A model generated the notes under the pieces. That model did not search any database. It saw nothing but the letters and a program-made list of their open reading frames with translations, and had not been told where the DNA came from. From a virus, in IMG/VR virus record IMGVR_UViG_3300029179_000155, positions 1-5,487 of that record: 5,487 nt of DNA; one strand, 5' to 3'. The stretch's first letter is position 1, and each line of letters starts with the position of its first letter. Positions 4,076 through 5,487 of this stretch are shown piece by piece. The position numbers and the translations under genes were made by a program.

Positions 4076-5487
4076 TATAAGTTTGGTATTTGTTTTGCAC
4101 TCATTTTTCTTCTTGCGTGTACGTTTATTCCTAATTGCACCCAAAAGTTTTGTGCATTTAGGCTTGTATCTGCGAACGCGTAGTTGAATCTTCCCGGATC
4201 TATATACGTTGTTAGATCGTTGATTCTGTTTTCGTTTGATAGGTTGTAAGCTCTTGACAATGTCATCCACATTAATTTGTCTGGTTCTGCAAATTGTCCG
4301 TGCGCTTCATTGTATGCCGTCATGTAGTTAATCCACGCTGGTTGCTTTCCTGCTGAATATCTTGTTATTGTATCTTCGTACTCTGTACCAACTTTTGCCT
4401 CTGCATAGTGCATTTGTTCTGTGATCAATTCCTGATAGCCAATGCCGTCTAAATTCGGTTTGTGTAAATCATCCATTGTTTTAAGGTTCATATACCATTT
4501 ATTCCCTTGACTGTAGTCAATTCTTGGTGTAATTGATACTATTCCTTGAATGATTGACGGTTCTTTTATTTTAATTGCTATTTTTCCCCCTTTCGTTCTT
4601 CCGTTTTGTGTTCCTCGTCCAGCTAGTCCGCCTAGTGGGGTTTGCTCATTTCCTGTTTGTGTTGCTGCTGTTGCTACTACTTCATCGAATACAATTTCTG
4701 TACTCATTCCGCCCATGTACATTGGTGTTTCTGCTCTTCTGATTACTTCATCACCCCATACTGCTTCCTGCCAATCTTCATATGTTCCCCCTGATACCGC
4801 GATTCGGTTCATCATGTTGTATATCTTCTGTGCCATATTTAGTGCATCTAGTTTGAATGCATTATCTGTCACCGATACTTTTGTTATTTCTCCGATTCCC
4901 GAAGGTCCGTCAATCCAATCTGTTTTTAACCAGTTGTTGAATAAGTCCGATTGGTATGTTTTAACGGCTAATCCGTTTTGTGCCCATCTGTTATTTGATA
5001 CGTTTGCATATGGTGATTCTGTTGCGCATTCTGTTGTTTGCCAATATGGATATCCCATTCCTGCATCGATTGTTGTTATACCCGTCAGTATTTTTGTCCT
5101 GCAATCATCAATATTTTTTAGTGGAAATGGTCTCAGTGTAGACATTTCTAATGCTGACGTTGATGTCATTCTGCTGAATGTATATACTTTTTCTGATGGT
5201 ATATTACAGTTTACCGTTGCTCCGTATAATTTTACGTTTTCTACAATTTCTTTTACCATTTTCCATCCTTCGGTTGTTTCAATCCTCAACATTGCGAATT
5301 TTTGCATTGTTGTTGCACCTGTGCTCGCGAAGTTAAATGCTAATTGGGTAGCGTTTGGTCCTCCCCATTTTTTTGTTACGCTTTTATTTATTAACTGTGC
5401 TGTTGTATATGTTGCTCCACCTGTGTTTGCTACTGTTTCTGGTAGATAACTTGCTGTATTTGGATTTGATACTCCGCTGATTACGTA
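4075..5487 (-). CDS. VP1: Major capsid protein VP1, C-terminal part; the unique portion is 4075..5388, and 5389..5487 duplicates 1..99
   Basis: The track ORF 4075..5307 (410 aa) stays open upstream for 27 more codons (NKSVTKKWGGPNATQLAFNFASTGATT) to 5388 and on through the repeat. The full gene is 663 + 1314 = 1977 nt, which is 658 aa plus a TAA stop at 4077..4075. This size is typical of large-capsid microviruses. Confidence 0.92.
   Translation of the reverse strand, partial: YVISGVSNPNTASYLPETVANTGGATYTTAQLINKSVTKKWGGPNATQLAFNFASTGATTMQKFAMLRIETTEGWKMVKEIVENVKLYGATVNCNIPSEKVYTFSRMTSTSALEMSTLRPFPLKNIDDCRTKILTGITTIDAGMGYPYWQTTECATESPYANVSNNRWAQNGLAVKTYQSDLFNNWLKTDWIDGPSGIGEITKVSVTDNAFKLDALNMAQKIYNMMNRIAVSGGTYEDWQEAVWGDEVIRRAETPMYMGGMSTEIVFDEVVATAATQTGNEQTPLGGLAGRGTQNGRTKGGKIAIKIKEPSIIQGIVSITPRIDYSQGNKWYMNLKTMDDLHKPNLDGIGYQELITEQMHYAEAKVGTEYEDTITRYSAGKQPAWINYMTAYNEAHGQFAEPDKLMWMTLSRAYNLSNENRINDLTTYIDPGRFNYAFADTSLNAQNFWVQLGINVHARRKMSAKQIPNL
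5389..5487. repeat. Terminal redundancy, copy 2 (identical to 1-99)
   Basis: Exact 99-nt identity with the start of the window. Confidence 0.96.

Noticed and set aside
4076-4270. The 65-aa, very basic N-terminal extension of track ORF 3776-4270 (22 K/R of 65), which overlaps the VP1 C-terminus in another frame; it could be imagined as an overlapping J-like gene
   Set aside because: The coding strand is A-rich, so out-of-frame translation is naturally rich in K, R and N. A clean TAATG coupling start exists at 4075. An overlapping gene cannot be fully excluded; testing for suppressed synonymous variation in the last 65 VP1 codons would settle it.
263-5449. All plus-strand ORFs in the supplied track (263-865, 1086-1325, 1252-1476, 1373-1594, 1748-1963, 1815-2015, 2276-2701, 3013-3537, 3111-3686, 4550-5449)
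   Set aside because: Each lies antisense to a well-supported minus-strand gene, or within the intergenic region. Their products are low-complexity L/F/S/C-rich strings, as expected from translating a T-rich strand. They carry no recognisable motifs and no sensible start contexts. They are shadow ORFs.

Overview
This window is one complete circular ssDNA phage genome of the family Microviridae, with a unit length of 5,388 nt. It was linearised with a 99-nt overlap: bases 1-99 are identical to 5389-5487. All credible genes are on the minus strand, and the plus strand is strongly T-rich. In the direction of transcription the order is as follows. A Bacteroidetes-type promoter (~1291-1261) comes first. 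Three small orphan ORFs follow (61 aa, a 26-aa membrane micro-ORF, 92 aa). Then comes the major capsid protein VP1 (658 aa), which starts at 663, runs across the circular junction and ends at 4075. Next are a 99-aa acidic protein coupled to VP1 by a TAATG overlap, a GC stem-loop, the pilot/minor capsid protein VP2 (320 aa) and a second GC stem-loop. The HUH replication initiator VP4 (335 or 327 aa) follows, then a ~220-nt very AT-rich iteron region. The last element is a GC-rich island that contains an unlisted 58-aa, highly basic ORF. The large VP1, the VP1-VP2-VP4 gene order and the promoter type suggest an Alpavirinae-like, Bacteroidetes-infecting microvirus; this placement is an inference and was not checked by any search. 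The most interesting items are: (i) the 58-aa basic ORF at 1269-1445, hidden in apparently non-coding DNA, as a candidate J-like DNA-packaging protein; (ii) a two-orientation iteron array next to the rep stop codon, as a candidate replication origin; (iii) a 26-aa transmembrane micro-ORF in frame with the preceding gene across a TAG codon. I recognise no lysis enzyme or integrase. All plus-strand ORFs in the supplied track look like antisense artefacts.
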